Assembly (NCBI GenBank): GCA_964016885.1
Contig: CAXHJY010001253.1
Location: 6,001-70,000, forward strand
Length of the DNA stretch: 64,000 nucleotides
Source: Eledone cirrhosa
Lineage: Eukaryota
Direction of reading: 5' to 3'
Made by a program: the position numbers and the translations under genes. The notes beneath the pieces were generated by a model. It was not told where the DNA came from. It saw only the letters and a list, made by a program, of their open reading frames with translations, and ran no database searches. Positions 41,004 through 56,400 of this stretch are shown piece after piece (position 1 is the stretch's first letter; the number at the start of each line of letters is the position of its first letter).

Positions 41004-44000
41004 TCACGCCACACATAGCCAATGAGTGTCTGCACATGTACCAGTAATTACAGATCGATCCGACCACGGGCGGCCGGCCCGCGATTGAAAAGGTAACTCC
41101 GCCGGCAAATCGTCATTTTTGGATTCGTTTTCTTCGAAGCACACCATTCGCCGGCGGACTTTGTTGACGTTTAACACGGTTTGGTTCCACAGCCACAACT
41201 ATTGATTTTACGGAGATATCTTGCTGAAATTCACGCCACACATAGCCAATGAGTGTCTGCACATGTACCAGTAATTATAGATCGATCCGACCACGGGCGG
41301 CCGGCCCGCGATTGAAAAGGTAACTCCGCCGGCAAATCGTCATTTTTGGATTCGTTTTCTTCGAAGCACACCATTCGCCGGCGGACTTTGTTGACGTTTA
41401 ACACGGTTTGGTTCCACAGCCACAACTATTGATTTTACGGAGATATCATGCTGAAATTCACGCCACACATAGCCAATGAGTGTCTGCACATGTACCAGTA
41501 ATTACAGATCGATCCGACCACGGGCGGCCGGCCCGCGATTGAAAAGGTAACTCCGCCGGCAAATCGCCATTTTTGGATTCGTTTTCTTCGAAGCACACCA
41601 TTCGCCGGCGGACTTTGTTGACGTTTAACACGGTTTGGTTCCACAGCCACAACTATTGATTTTACCGAGATATCTTGCTGAAATTCACGCCACACATAGC
41701 CAATGAGTGTCTGCACATGTACCAGTAATTACAGATCGATCCGACCACGGGCGGCCGGCCCGCGATTGAAAAGGTAACTCCGCCGGCAAATCGTCATTTT
41801 TGGATTCGTTTTCTTCGAAGCACACCATTCGCCGGCGGACTTTGTTGACGTTTAACACGGTTTGGTTCCACAGCCACAACTATTGATTTTACGGAGATAT
41901 CTTGCTGAAATTCACGCCACCCATAGCCAATGAGTGTCTGCACATGTACCAGTAATTACAGATCGATACGACCACGGGCGGCCGGCCCGCGATTGAAAAG
42001 GTAACTCCGCCGGCAAATCGTCATTTTTGGATTCGTTTTCTTCGAAGCACACCATTCGCCGGCGGACTTTGCTGACGTTTAACACGGTTTGGTTCCACAG
42101 CCACAACTATTGATTTTACGGAGATATCTTGCTGAAATTCACGCCACACATAGCCAATGAGTGTCTGCACATGTACCAGTAATTACAGATCGATCCGACC
42201 ACGGGCGGCCGGCCCGCGATTGAAAAGGTAACTCCGCCGGCAAATCGTCATTTTTGGATTCGTTTTCTTCGAAGCACACCATTCGCCGGCGGACTTTGTT
42301 GACGTTTAACACGGTTTGGTTCCACAGCCACAACTATTGATTTTACGGAGATATCTTGCTGAAATTCACGCCACCCATAGCCAATGAGTGTCTGCACATG
42401 TACCAGTAATTACAGATCGATCCGACCACGGGCGGCCGGCCCGCGATTGAAAAGGTAACTCCGCCGGCAAATCGTCATTTTTGGATTCGTTTTCTTCGAA
42501 GCACACCATTCGCCGGCGGACTTTGCTGACGTTTAACACGGTTTGGTTCCACAGCCACAACTATTGATTTTACGGAGATATCTTGCTGAAATTCACGCCA
42601 CACATAGCCAATGAGTGTCTGCACATGTACCAGTAATTACAGATCGATCCGACCACAGGCGGCCGGCCCGCGATTGAAAAGGTAACTCCGCCGGCAAATC
42701 GTCATTTTTGGATTCGTTTTCTTCGAAGCACACCATTCGCCGGCGGACTTTGTTGACGTTTAACACGGTTTGGTTCCACAGCCACAACTATTGATTTTAC
42801 GGAGATATCTTGCTGAAATTCACGCCACCCATAGCCAATGAGTGTCTGCACATGTACCAGTAATTACAGATCGATACGACCACGGGCGGCCGGCCCGCGA
42901 TTGAAAAGGTAACTCCGCCGGCAAATCGTCATTTTTGGATTCGTTTTCTTCGAAGCACACCATTCGCCGGCGGACTTTGCTGACGTTTAACACGGTTTGG
43001 TTCCACAGCCACAACTATTGATTTTACGGAGATATCTTGCTGAAATTCACGCCACCCATAGCCAATGAGTGTCTGCACATGTACCAGTAATTACAGATCG
43101 ATCCGACCACGGGCGGCCGGCCCGCGATTGAAAAGGTAACTCCGCCGGCAAATCGTCATTTTTGGATTCGTTTTCTTCGAAGCACACCATTCGCCGGCGG
43201 ACTTTGTTGACGTTTAACACGGTTTGGTTCCACAGCCACAACTATTGATTTTACGGAGATATCTTGCTGAAATTCACGCCACCCATAGCCAATGAGTGTC
43301 TGCACATGTACCAGTAATTACAGATCGATCCGACCACGGGCGGCCGGGCCGTGATTGAAAAGGTAACTCCGCCGGCAAATCGTCATTTTTGGATTCGTTT
43401 TCTTCGAAGCACACCATTCGCCGGCGGACTTTGTTGACGTTTAACACGGTTTGGTTCCACAGCCACAACTATTGATTTTACGGAGATATCTTGCTGAAAT
43501 TCACGCCACCCATAGCCAATGAGTGTCTGCACATGTACCAGTAATTACAGATCGACCCGACCACGGGCGGCCGGCCCGCGATTGAAAAGGTAACTCCGCC
43601 GGCAAATCGTCATTTTTGGATTCGTTTTCTTCGAAGCACACCATTCGCCGGCGGACTTTGCTGACGTTTAACACGGTTTGGTTCCACAGCCACAACTATT
43701 GATTTTACGGAGATATCTTGCTGAAATTCACGCCACACATAGCCAATGAGTGTCTGCACATGTACCAGTAATTACAGATCGATCCGACCACGGGCGGCCG
43801 GCCCGCGATTGAAAAGGTAACTCCGCCGGCAAATCGTCATTTTTGGATTCGTTTTCTTCGAAGCACACCATTCGCCGGCGGACTTTGTTGACGTTTAACA
43901 CGGTTTGGTTCCACAGCCACAACTATTGATTTTACGGAGATATCTTGCTGAAATTCACGCCACACATAGCCAATGAGTGTCTGCACATGTACCAGTAATT

Positions 44001-44408
44001 ACAGATCGATCCGACCACGGGCGGCCGGCCCGCGATTGAAAAGGTAACTCCGCCGGCAAATCGTCATTTTTGGATTCGTTTTCTTCGAAGCACACCATTC
44101 GCCGGCGGACTTTGTTGACGTTTAACACGGTTTGGTTCCACAGCCACAACTATTGATTTTACGGAGATATCTTGCTGAAATTCACGCCACACATAGCCAA
44201 TGAGTGTCTGCACATGTACCAGTAATTATAGATCGATCCGACCACGGGCGGCCGGCCCGCGATTGAAAAGGTAACTCCGCCGGCAAATCGTCATTTTTGG
44301 ATTCGTTTTCTTCGAAGCACACCATTCGCCGGCGGACTTTGTTGACGTTTAACACGGTTTGGTTCCACAGCCACAACTATTGATTTTACGGAGATATCTT
44401 GCTGAAAT

Positions 44409-47400
44409 TCACGCCACACATAGCCAATGAGTGTCTGCACATGTACCAGTAATTACAGATCGATCCGACCACGGGCTGCCGGCCCGCGATTGAAAAGGTA
44501 ACTCCGCCGGCAAATCGCCATTTTTGGATTCGTTTTCTTCGAAGCACACCATTCGCCGGCGGACTTTGTTGACGTTTAACACGGTTTGGTTCCACAGCCA
44601 CAACTATTGATTTTACCGAGATATCTTGCTGAAATTCACGCCACACATAGCCAATGAGTGTCTGCACATGTACCAGTAATTACAGATCGATCCGACCACG
44701 GGCGGCCGGCCCGCGATTGAAAAGGTAACTCCGCCGGCAAATCGTCATTTTTGGATTCGTTTTCTTCGAAGCACACCATTCGCCGGCGGACTTTGCTGAC
44801 GTTTAACACGGTTTGGTTCCACAGCCACAACTATTGATTTTACGGAGATATCTTGCTGAAATTCACGCCACACATAGCCAATGAGTGTCTGCACATGTAC
44901 CAGTAATTACAGATCGATCCGACCACGGGCGGCCGGCCCGCGATTGAAAAGGTAACTCCGCCGGCAAATCGTCATTTTTGGATTCGTTTTCTTCGAAGCA
45001 CACCATTCGCCGGCGGACTTTGTTGACGTTTAACACGGTTTGGTTCCACAGCCACAACTATTGATTTTACGGAGATATCTTGCTGAAATTCACGCCACAC
45101 ATAGCCAATGAGTGTCTGCACATGTACCAGTAATTACACATCGATCCGACCACGGGCGGCCGGGCCGTGATTGAAAAGGTAACTCCGCCGGCAAATCGTC
45201 ATTTTTGGATTCGTTTTCTTCGAAGCACACCATTCGCCGGCGGACTTTGCTGACGTTTAACACGGTTTGGTTCCACAGCCACAACTATTGATTTTACGGA
45301 GATATCTTGCTGAAATTCACGCCACACATAGCCAATGAGTGTCTGCACATGTACCAGTAATTACAGATCGATCCGACCACGGGCGGCCGGCCCGCGATTG
45401 AAAAGGTAACTCCGCCGGCAAATCGTCATTTTTGGATTCGTTTTCTTCGAAGCACACCATTCGCCGGCGGACTTTGTTGACGTTTAACACGGTTTGGTTC
45501 CACAGCCACAACTATTGATTTTACGGAGATATCTTGCTGAAATTCACGCCACACATAGCCAATGAGTGTCTGCACATGTACCAGTAATTATAGATCGATC
45601 CGACCACGGGCGGCCGGCCCGCGATTGAAAAGGTAACTCCGCCGGCAAATCGTCATTTTTGGATTCGTTTTCTTCGAAGCACACCATTCGCCGGCGGACT
45701 TTGTTGACGTTTAACACGGTTTGGTTCCACAGCCACAACTATTGATTTTACGGAGATATCATGCTGAAATTCACGCCACACATAGCCAATGAGTGTCTGC
45801 ACATGTACCAGTAATTACAGATCGATCCGACCACGGGCGGCCGGCCCGCGATTGAAAAGGTAACTCCGCCGGCAAATCGCCATTTTTGGATTCGTTTTCT
45901 TCGAAGCACACCATTCGCCGGCGGACTTTGTTGACGTTTAACACGGTTTGGTTCCACAGCCACAACTATTGATTTTACCGAGATATCTTGCTGAAATTCA
46001 CGCCACACATAGCCAATGAGTGTCTGCACATGTACCAGTAATTACAGATCGATCCGACCACGGGCGGCCGGCCCGCGATTGAAAAGGTAACTCCGCCGGC
46101 AAATCGCCATTTTTGGATTCGTTTTCTTCGAAGCACACCATTCGCCGGCGGACTTTGTTGACGTTTAACACGGTTTGGTTCCACAGCCACAACTATTGAT
46201 TTTACGGAGATATCTTGCTGAAATTCACGCCACCCATAGCCAATGAGTGTCTGCACATGTACCAGTAATTACAGATCGACCCGACCACGGGCGGCCGGCC
46301 CGCGATTGAAAAGGTAACTCCGCCGGCAAATCGTCATTTTTGGATTCGTTTTCTTCGAAGCACACCATTCGCCGGCGGACTTTGCTGACGTTTAACACGG
46401 TTTGGTTCCACAGCCACAACTATTGATTTTACGGAGATATCTTGCTGAAATTCACGCCACACATAGCCAATGAGTGTCTGCACATGTACCAGTAATTACA
46501 GATCGATCCGACCACGGGCGGCCGGCCCGCGATTGAAAAGGTAACTCCGCCGGCAAATCGTCATTTTTGGATTCGTTTTCTTCGAAGCACACCATTCGCC
46601 GGTGGACTTTGTTGACGTTTAACACGGTTTGGTTCCACAGCCACAACTATTGATTTTACGGAGATATCTTGCTGAAATTCACGCCACCCATAGCCAATGA
46701 GTGTCTGCACATGTACCAGTAATTACAGATCGATCCGACCACGGGCGGCCGGCCCGCGATTGAAAAGGTAACTCCGCCGGCAAATCGTCATTTTTGGATT
46801 CGTTTTCTTCGAAGCACACCATTCGCCGGCGGACTTTGCTGACGTTTAACACGGTTTGGTTCCACAGCCACAACTATTGATTTTACGGAGATATCTTGCT
46901 GAAATTCACGCCACCCATAGCCAATGAGTGTCTGCACATGTACCAGTAATTACAGATCGATCCGACCACGGGCGGCCGGGCCGTGATTGAAAAGGTAACT
47001 CCGCCGGCAAATCGTCATTTTTGGATTCGTTTTCTTCGAAGCACACCATTCGCCGGCGGACTTTGTTGACGTTTAACACGGTTTGGTTCCACAGCCACAA
47101 CTATTGATTTTACGGAGATATCTTGCTGAAATTCACGCCACACATAGCCAATGAGTGTCTGCACATGTACCAGTAATTACAGATCGATCCGACCACGGGC
47201 TGCCGGCCCGCGATTGAAAAGGTAACTCCGCCGGCAAATCGCCATTTTTGGATTCGTTTTCTTCGAAGCACACCATTCGCCGGCGGACTTTGTTGACGTT
47301 TAACACGGTTTGGTTCCACAGCCACAACTATTGATTTTACCGAGATATCTTGCTGAAATTCACGCCACACATAGCCAATGAGTGTCTGCACATGTACCAG

Positions 47401-49856
47401 TAATTACAGATCGATCCGACCACGGGCGGCCGGCCCGCGATTGAAAAGGTAACTCCGCCGGCAAATCGTCATTTTTGGATTCGTTTTCTTCGAAGCACAC
47501 CATTCGCCGGCGGACTTTGCTGACGTTTAACACGGTTTGGTTCCACAGCCACAACTATTGATTTTACGGAGATATCTTGCTGAAATTCACGCCACACATA
47601 GCCAATGAGTGTCTGCACATGTACCAGTAATTACAGATCGATCCGACCACGGGCGGCCGGCCCGCGATTGAAAAGGTAACTCCGCCGGCAAATCGTCATT
47701 TTTGGATTCGTTTTCTTCGAAGCACACCATTCGCCGGCGGACTTTGTTGACGTTTAACACGGTTTGGTTCCACAGCCACAACTATTGATTTTACGGAGAT
47801 ATCTTGCTGAAATTCACGCCACACATAGCCAATGAGTGTCTGCACATGTACCAGTAATTACACATCGATCCGACCACGGGCGGCCGGGCCGTGATTGAAA
47901 AGGTAACTCCGCCGGCAAATCGTCATTTTTGGATTCGTTTTCTTCGAAGCACACCATTCGCCGGCGGACTTTGCTGACGTTTAACACGGTTTGGTTCCAC
48001 AGCCACAACTATTGATTTTACGGAGATATCTTGCTGAAATTCACGCCACACATAGCCAATGAGTGTCTGCACATGTACCAGTAATTACAGATCGATCCGA
48101 CCACGGGCGGCCGGCCCGCGATTGAAAAGGTAACTCCGCCGGCAAATCGTCATTTTTGGATTCGTTTTCTTCGAAGCACACCATTCGCCGGCGGACTTTG
48201 TTGACGTTTAACACGGTTTGGTTCCACAGCCACAACTATTGATTTTACGGAGATATCTTGCTGAAATTCACGCCACACATAGCCAATGAGTGTCTGCACA
48301 TGTACCAGTAATTATAGATCGATCCGACCACGGGCGGCCGGCCCGCGATTGAAAAGGTAACTCCGCCGGCAAATCGTCATTTTTGGATTCGTTTTCTTCG
48401 AAGCACACCATTCGCCGGCGGACTTTGTTGACGTTTAACACGGTTTGGTTCCACAGCCACAACTATTGATTTTACGGAGATATCATGCTGAAATTCACGC
48501 CACACATAGCCAATGAGTGTCTGCACATGTACCAGTAATTACAGATCGATCCGACCACGGGCGGCCGGCCCGCGATTGAAAAGGTAACTCCGCCGGCAAA
48601 TCGCCATTTTTGGATTCGTTTTCTTCGAAGCACACCATTCGCCGGCGGACTTTGTTGACGTTTAACACGGTTTGGTTCCACAGCCACAACTATTGATTTT
48701 ACCGAGATATCTTGCTGAAATTCACGCCACACATAGCCAATGAGTGTCTGCACATGTACCAGTAATTACAGATCGATCCGACCACGGGCGGCCGGCCCGC
48801 GATTGAAAAGGTAACTCCGCCGGCAAATCGCCATTTTTGGATTCGTTTTCTTCGAAGCACACCATTCGCCGGCGGACTTTGTTGACGTTTAACACGGTTT
48901 GGTTCCACAGCCACAACTATTGATTTTACGGAGATATCTTGCTGAAATTCACGCCACCCATAGCCAATGAGTGTCTGCACATGTACCAGTAATTACAGAT
49001 CGACCCGACCACGGGCGGCCGGCCCGCGATTGAAAAGGTAACTCCGCCGGCAAATCGTCATTTTTGGATTCGTTTTCTTCGAAGCACACCATTCGCCGGC
49101 GGACTTTGCTGACGTTTAACACGGTTTGGTTCCACAGCCACAACTATTGATTTTACGGAGATATCTTGCTGAAATTCACGCCACACATAGCCAATGAGTG
49201 TCTGCACATGTACCAGTAATTACAGATCGATCCGACCACGGGCGGCCGGCCCGCGATTGAAAAGGTAACTCCGCCGGCAAATCGTCATTTTTGGATTCGT
49301 TTTCTTCGAAGCACACCATTCGCCGGTGGACTTTGTTGACGTTTAACACGGTTTGGTTCCACAGCCACAACTATTGATTTTACGGAGATATCTTGCTGAA
49401 ATTCACGCCACCCATAGCCAATGAGTGTCTGCACATGTACCAGTAATTACAGATCGATCCGACCACGGGCGGCCGGCCCGCGATTGAAAAGGTAACTCCG
49501 CCGGCAAATCGTCATTTTTGGATTCGTTTTCTTCGAAGCACACCATTCGCCGGCGGACTTTGCTGACGTTTAACACGGTTTGGTTCCACAGCCACAACTA
49601 TTGATTTTACGGAGATATCTTGCTGAAATTCACGCCACCCATAGCCAATGAGTGTCTGCACATGTACCAGTAATTACAGATCGATCCGACCACGGGCGGC
49701 CGGGCCGTGATTGAAAAGGTAACTCCGCCGGCAAATCGTCATTTTTGGATTCGTTTTCTTCGAAGCACACCATTCGCCGGCGGACTTTGTTGACGTTTAA
49801 CACGGTTTGGTTCCACAGCCACAACTATTGATTTTACGGAGATATCTTGCTGAAAT
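44409..49856. repeat. Two tandem copies of a 12-mer (2724 bp) of A monomers
   Basis: 44409->47133, 45090->47814, 45771->48495. The private CCGGTGGA variant occurs only in monomers 46452 and 49176 (+2724). Confidence 0.9.
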
Positions 49857-52800
49857 TCACGCCACCCATAGCCAATGAGTGTCTGCACATGTACCAGTAA
49901 TTACAGATCGACCCGACCACGGGCGGCCGGCCCGCGATTGAAAAGGTAACTCCGCCGGCAAATCGTCATTTTTGGATTCGTTTTCTTCGAAGCACACCAT
50001 TCGCCGGCGGACTTTGCTGACGTTTAACACGGTTTGGTTCCACAGCCACAACTATTGATTTTACGGAGATATCTTGCTGAAATTCACGCCACACATAGCC
50101 AATGAGTGTCTGCACATGTACCAGTAATTACAGATCGATCCGACCACGGGCGGCCGGCCCGCGATTGAAAAGGTAACTCCGCCGGCAAATCGTCATTTTT
50201 GGATTCGTTTTCTTCGAAGCACACCATTCGCCGGCGGACTTTGTTGACGTTTAACACGGTTTGGTTCCACAGCCACAACTATTGATTTTACGGAGATATC
50301 TTGCTGAAATTCACGCCACACATAGCCAATGAGTGTCTGCACATGTACCAGTAATTACAGATCGATCCGACCACGGGCGGCCGGCCCGCGATTGAAAAGG
50401 TAACTCCGCCGGCAAATCGTCATTTTTGGATTCGTTTTCTTCGAAGCACACCATTCGCCGGCGGACTTTGTTGACGTTTAACACGGTTTGGTTCCACAGC
50501 CACAACTATTGATTTTACGGAGATATCTTGCTGAAATTCACGCCACACATAGCCAATGAGTGTCTGCACATGTACCAGTAATTATAGATCGATCCGACCA
50601 CGGGCGGCCGGCCCGCGATTGAAAAGGTAACTCCGCCGGCAAATCGTCATTTTTGGATTCGTTTTCTTCGAAGCACACCATTCGCCGGCGGACTTTGTTG
50701 ACGTTTAACACGGTTTGGTTCCACAGCCACAACTATTGATTTTACGGAGATATCTTGCTGAAATTCACGCCACACATAGCCAATGAGTGTCTGCACATGT
50801 ACCAGTAATTACAGATCGATCCGACCACGGGCTGCCGGCCCGCGATTGAAAAGGTAACTCCGCCGGCAAATCGCCATTTTTGGATTCGTTTTCTTCGAAG
50901 CACACCATTCGCCGGCGGACTTTGTTGACGTTTAACACGGTTTGGTTCCACAGCCACAACTATTGATTTTACGGAGATATCATGCTGAAATTCACGCCAC
51001 ACATAGCCAATGAGTGTCTGCACATGTACCAGTAATTACAGATCGATCCGACCACGGGCGGCCGGCCCGCGATTGAAAAGGTAACTCCGCCGGCAAATCG
51101 CCATTTTTGGATTCGTTTTCTTCGAAGCACACCATTCGCCGGCGGACTTTGTTGACGTTTAACACGGTTTGGTTCCACAGCCACAACTATTGATTTTACG
51201 GAGATATCTTGCTGAAATTCACGCCACCCATAGCCAATGAGTGTCTGCACATGTACCAGTAATTACAGATCGACCCGACCACGGGCGGCCGGCCCGCGAT
51301 TGAAAAGGTAACTCCGCCGGCAAATCGTCATTTTTGGATTCGTTTTCTTCGAAGCACACCATTCGCCGGCGGACTTTGTTGACGTTTAACACGGTTTGGT
51401 TCCACAGCCACAACTATTGATTTTACGGAGATATCTTGCTGAAATTCACGCCACCCATAGCCAATGAGTGTCTGCACATGTACCAGTAATTACAGATCGA
51501 TCCGACCACGGGCGGCCGGCCCGCGATTGAAAAGGTAACTCCGCCGGCAAATCGTCATTTTTGGATTCGTTTTCTTCGAAGCACACCATTCGCCGGCGGA
51601 CTTTGCTGACGTTTAACACGGTTTGGTTCCACAGCCACAACTATTGATTTTACGGAGATATCTTGCTGAAATTCACGCCACCCATAGCCAATGAGTGTCT
51701 GCACATGTACCAGTAATTACAGATCGATCCGACCACGGGCGGCCGGGCCGTGATTGAAAAGGTAACTCCGCCGGCAAATCGTCATTTTTGGATTCGTTTT
51801 CTTCGAAGCACACCATTCGCCGGCGGACTTTGTTGACGTTTAACACGGTTTGGTTCCACAGCCACAACTATTGATTTTACGGAGATATCTTGCTGAAATT
51901 CACGCCACCCATAGCCAATGAGTGTCTGCACATGTACCAGTAATTACAGATCGACCCGACCACGGGCGGCCGGCCCGCGATTGAAAAGGTAACTCCGCCG
52001 GCAAATCGTCATTTTTGGATTCGTTTTCTTCGAAGCACACCATTCGCCGGCGGACTTTGCTGACGTTTAACACGGTTTGGTTCCACAGCCACAACTATTG
52101 ATTTTACGGAGATATCTTGCTGAAATTCACGCCACACATAGCCAATGAGTGTCTGCACATGTACCAGTAATTACAGATCGATCCGACCACGGGCGGCCGG
52201 CCCGCGATTGAAAAGGTAACTCCGCCGGCAAATCGTCATTTTTGGATTCGTTTTCTTCGAAGCACACCATTCGCCGGCGGACTTTGTTGACGTTTAACAC
52301 GGTTTGGTTCCACAGCCACAACTATTGATTTTACGGAGATATCTTGCTGAAATTCACGCCACACATAGCCAATGAGTGTCTGCACATGTACCAGTAATTA
52401 CAGATCGATCCGACCACGGGCGGCCGGCCCGCGATTGAAAAGGTAACTCCGCCGGCAAATCGTCATTTTTGGATTCGTTTTCTTCGAAGCACACCATTCG
52501 CCGGCGGACTTTGTTGACGTTTAACACGGTTTGGTTCCACAGCCACAACTATTGATTTTACGGAGATATCTTGCTGAAATTCACGCCACACATAGCCAAT
52601 GAGTGTCTGCACATGTACCAGTAATTATAGATCGATCCGACCACGGGCGGCCGGCCCGCGATTGAAAAGGTAACTCCGCCGGCAAATCGTCATTTTTGGA
52701 TTCGTTTTCTTCGAAGCACACCATTCGCCGGCGGACTTTGTTGACGTTTAACACGGTTTGGTTCCACAGCCACAACTATTGATTTTACCGAGATATCTTG

Positions 52801-53488
52801 CTGAAATTCACGCCACACATAGCCAATGAGTGTCTGCACATGTACCAGTAATTACAGATCGATCCGACCACGGGCGGCCGGCCCGCGATTGAAAAGGTAA
52901 CTCCGCCGGCAAATCGTCATTTTTGGATTCGTTTTCTTCGAAGCACACCATTCGCCGGCGGACTTTGCTGACGTTTAACACGGTTTGGTTCCACAGCCAC
53001 AACTATTGATTTTACGGAGATATCTTGCTGAAATTCACGCCACACATAGCCAATGAGTGTCTGCACATGTACCAGTAATTACAGATCGATCCGACCACGG
53101 GCGGCCGGCCCGCGATTGAAAAGGTAACTCCGCCGGCAAATCGTCATTTTTGGATTCGTTTTCTTCGAAGCACACCATTCGCCGGCGGACTTTGTTGACG
53201 TTTAACACGGTTTGGTTCCACAGCCACAACTATTGATTTTACGGAGATATCTTGCTGAAATTCACGCCACACATAGCCAATGAGTGTCTGCACATGTACC
53301 AGTAATTACACATCGATCCGACCACGGGCGGCCGGGCCGTGATTGAAAAGGTAACTCCGCCGGCAAATCGTCATTTTTGGATTCGTTTTCTTCGAAGCAC
53401 ACCATTCGCCGGCGGACTTTGCTGACGTTTAACACGGTTTGGTTCCACAGCCACAACTATTGATTTTACGGAGATATCTTGCTGAAAT

Positions 53489-56400
53489 TCACGCCACACA
53501 TAGCCAATGAGTGTCTGCACATGTACCAGTAATTACACATCGATCCGACCACGGGCGGCTGGCCCGCGATTGAAAAGGTAACTCCGCCGGCAAATCGTCA
53601 TTTTTGGATTCGTTTTCTTCGAAGCACACCATTCGCCGCCGGACTTCAGCTGCCTCATTTAGCATGGGCAGTTTTTTTTGAAAATCACACCACACACAAC
53701 CAATGTGTGTCTGCACATGTACCAGTAATTACAGATCGATCCCACCACGGGCGGCCGGCCCACAATCGAAAAGGTTACTCCGCCTGCAAATCGTCATTTT
53801 CGGATTCGTTTTCTTCGAAGCACACCATTCGCCGGCGGACTTCAGCTGCCTCATTTAGCATGGGCAGTTTTTCTTGAAGATCACACCACACACAGCCAAT
53901 GAGTGTCTGCACATGTACCAGTAATTAGAGATCGATCCGACCACGGGCGGCCGGCCCACGATCGAGAAAAAGGTAACTCCGCCGGCAAATCGTCATTTTT
54001 GTGATCCGTTTTCTTCGAAGCACACCATTCGCCGCCGGACTTCAGCTGCCTCATTTAGCATGGGCAGTTTTTTTTGAAAATCACACCACACACAACCAAT
54101 GTGTGTCTGCACATGTACCAGTAATTACAGATCGATCCGACCACGGGCGGCCGGCCCGCGATTGAAAAGGTAACTCCGCCGGCAAATCGTCATTTTTGTG
54201 ATTCGTTTTCTTCGAAGCACACCATTCGCCGCCGGACTTCAGCTGCCTCATTTAGCATGGGAGTTTTTTTTGAAAATCACACCACACACAACCAATGTGT
54301 GTCTGCACATGTACCAGTAATTACAGATCGATCCCACCACGAGTTCAATGTAAACAAACTTACGCTCAACGACTTTGTTGACGTTTAACACGGTTTGGTT
54401 CCACAGCCACAACTATTGATTTTACGGAGATATCTTGCTGAAATTCACGCCACACATAGCCAATGAGTGTCTGCACATGTACCAGTAATTACAGATCGAT
54501 CCGACCAGGGGCGGCCGGCCCGCGATTGAAAAGGTAACTCCGCCGGCAAATCGTCATTTTTGGATTCGTTTTCTTCGAAGCACACCATTCGCCGGCGGAC
54601 TTTGTTGACGTTTAACACGGTTTGGTTCCACAGCCACAACTATTGATTTTAAGGAGATATCTTGCTGAAATTCACGCCACACATAGCCAATGAGTGTCTG
54701 CACATGTACCAGTAATTACAGATCGATCCGACCAGGGGCGGCCGGCCCGCGATTGAAAAGGTAACTCCGCCGGCAAATCGTCATTTTTGTGATTCGTTTT
54801 CTTCGAAGCACACCATTCGCCGGCGGACTTTGTTGACGTTTAACACGGTTTGGTTCCACAGCCACAACTATTGATTTTAAGGAGATATCTTGCTGAAATT
54901 CACGCCACACATAGCCAATGAGTGTCTGCATATGTACCAGTAATTACAGATCGATCCGACCACGGACGGCCGGCCCGCGATTGAAAAGGTAACTCCGCCG
55001 GCAAATCGTCATTTTCGGATTCGTTTTCTTCGAAGCACACCATTCGCCGGCGGACTTCAGCTGCCTCATTTAGCATGGGCAGTTTTTCTTGAAGATCACA
55101 CCACACACAGCCAATGAGTGTCTGCACATGTACCAGTAATTACAGATGGATCCCACCACGGGCGGCCGGCCCACAATCGAAAAGGTTACTCCGCCTGCAA
55201 ATCGTCATTTTCGGATTCGTTTTCTTCGAAGCACACCATTCGCCGGCGGACTTCAGCTGCCTCATTTAGCATGGGCAGTTTTTCTTGAAGATCACACCAC
55301 ACACAGCCAATGAGTGTCTGCACATGTACCAGTAATTAGAGATCGATCCGACCACGGGCGGCCGGCCCACGATCGAGAAAAAGGTAACTCCGCCGGCAAA
55401 TCGTCATTTTTGTGATCCGTTTTCTTCGAAGCACACCATTCGCCGCCGGACTTCAGCTGCCTCATTTAGCATGGGCAGTTTTTTTTGAAAATCACACCAC
55501 ACACAACCAATGTGTGTCTGCACATGTACCAGTAATTACAGATCGATCCGACCACGGGCGGCCGGCCCGCGATTGAAAAGGTAACTCCGCCGGCAAATCG
55601 TCATTTTTGTGATTCGTTTTCTTCGAAGCACACCATTCGCCGCCGGACTTCAGCTGCCTCATTTAACATGGGCAGTTTTTTTTTAAAATCACACCACATA
55701 CAACCAATGTGTGTCTGCACATGTACCAGTAATTACAGATCGATCCCACCACGGGCGGCCGGCCCACAATCGAAAAGGTTACTCCGCCTGCAAATCGTCA
55801 TTTTCGGATTCGTTTTCTTCGAAGCACACCATTCGCCGCCGGACTTCAGCTGCCTCATTTAGCATGGGCAGTTTTTCTTGAAGATCACACCACACACAGC
55901 CAATGAGTGTCTGCACATGTACCAGTAATTAGAGATCGATCCGACCACGGGCGGCCGGCCCACGATCGAGAAAAAGGTAACTCCGCCGGCAAATCGTCAT
56001 TTTTGTGATCCGTTTTCTTCGAAGCACACCATTCGCCGCCGGACTTCAGCTGCCTCATTTAGCATGGGCAGTTTTTTTTGAAAATCACACCACACACAAC
56101 CAATGTGTTTCTGCACATGTACCAGTAATTACAGATCGATCCCACCACGAGTTCAATGTAAACTAACTTACGCTCAACGACTTTGTTGACGTTTAACACG
56201 GTTTGGTTCCACAGCCACAACTATTGATTTTAAGGAGATATCTTGCTGAAATTCACGCCACACATAGCCAATGAGTGTCTGCACATGTACCAGTAATTAC
56301 AGATCGATCCGACCACGGGCGGCCAGCCCGCGATTGAAAAGGTAACTCCGCCGGCAAATCGTCATTTTTGGATTCGTTTTCTTCGAAGCACACCATTCGC

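Larger units (their letters stand above)
32378..53488. repeat. Homogeneous A-block 2: 93 complete 227-bp monomers
   Basis: (53489-32378)/227 = 93 exactly; essentially the same set of SNP variants as block 1. Confidence 0.98.
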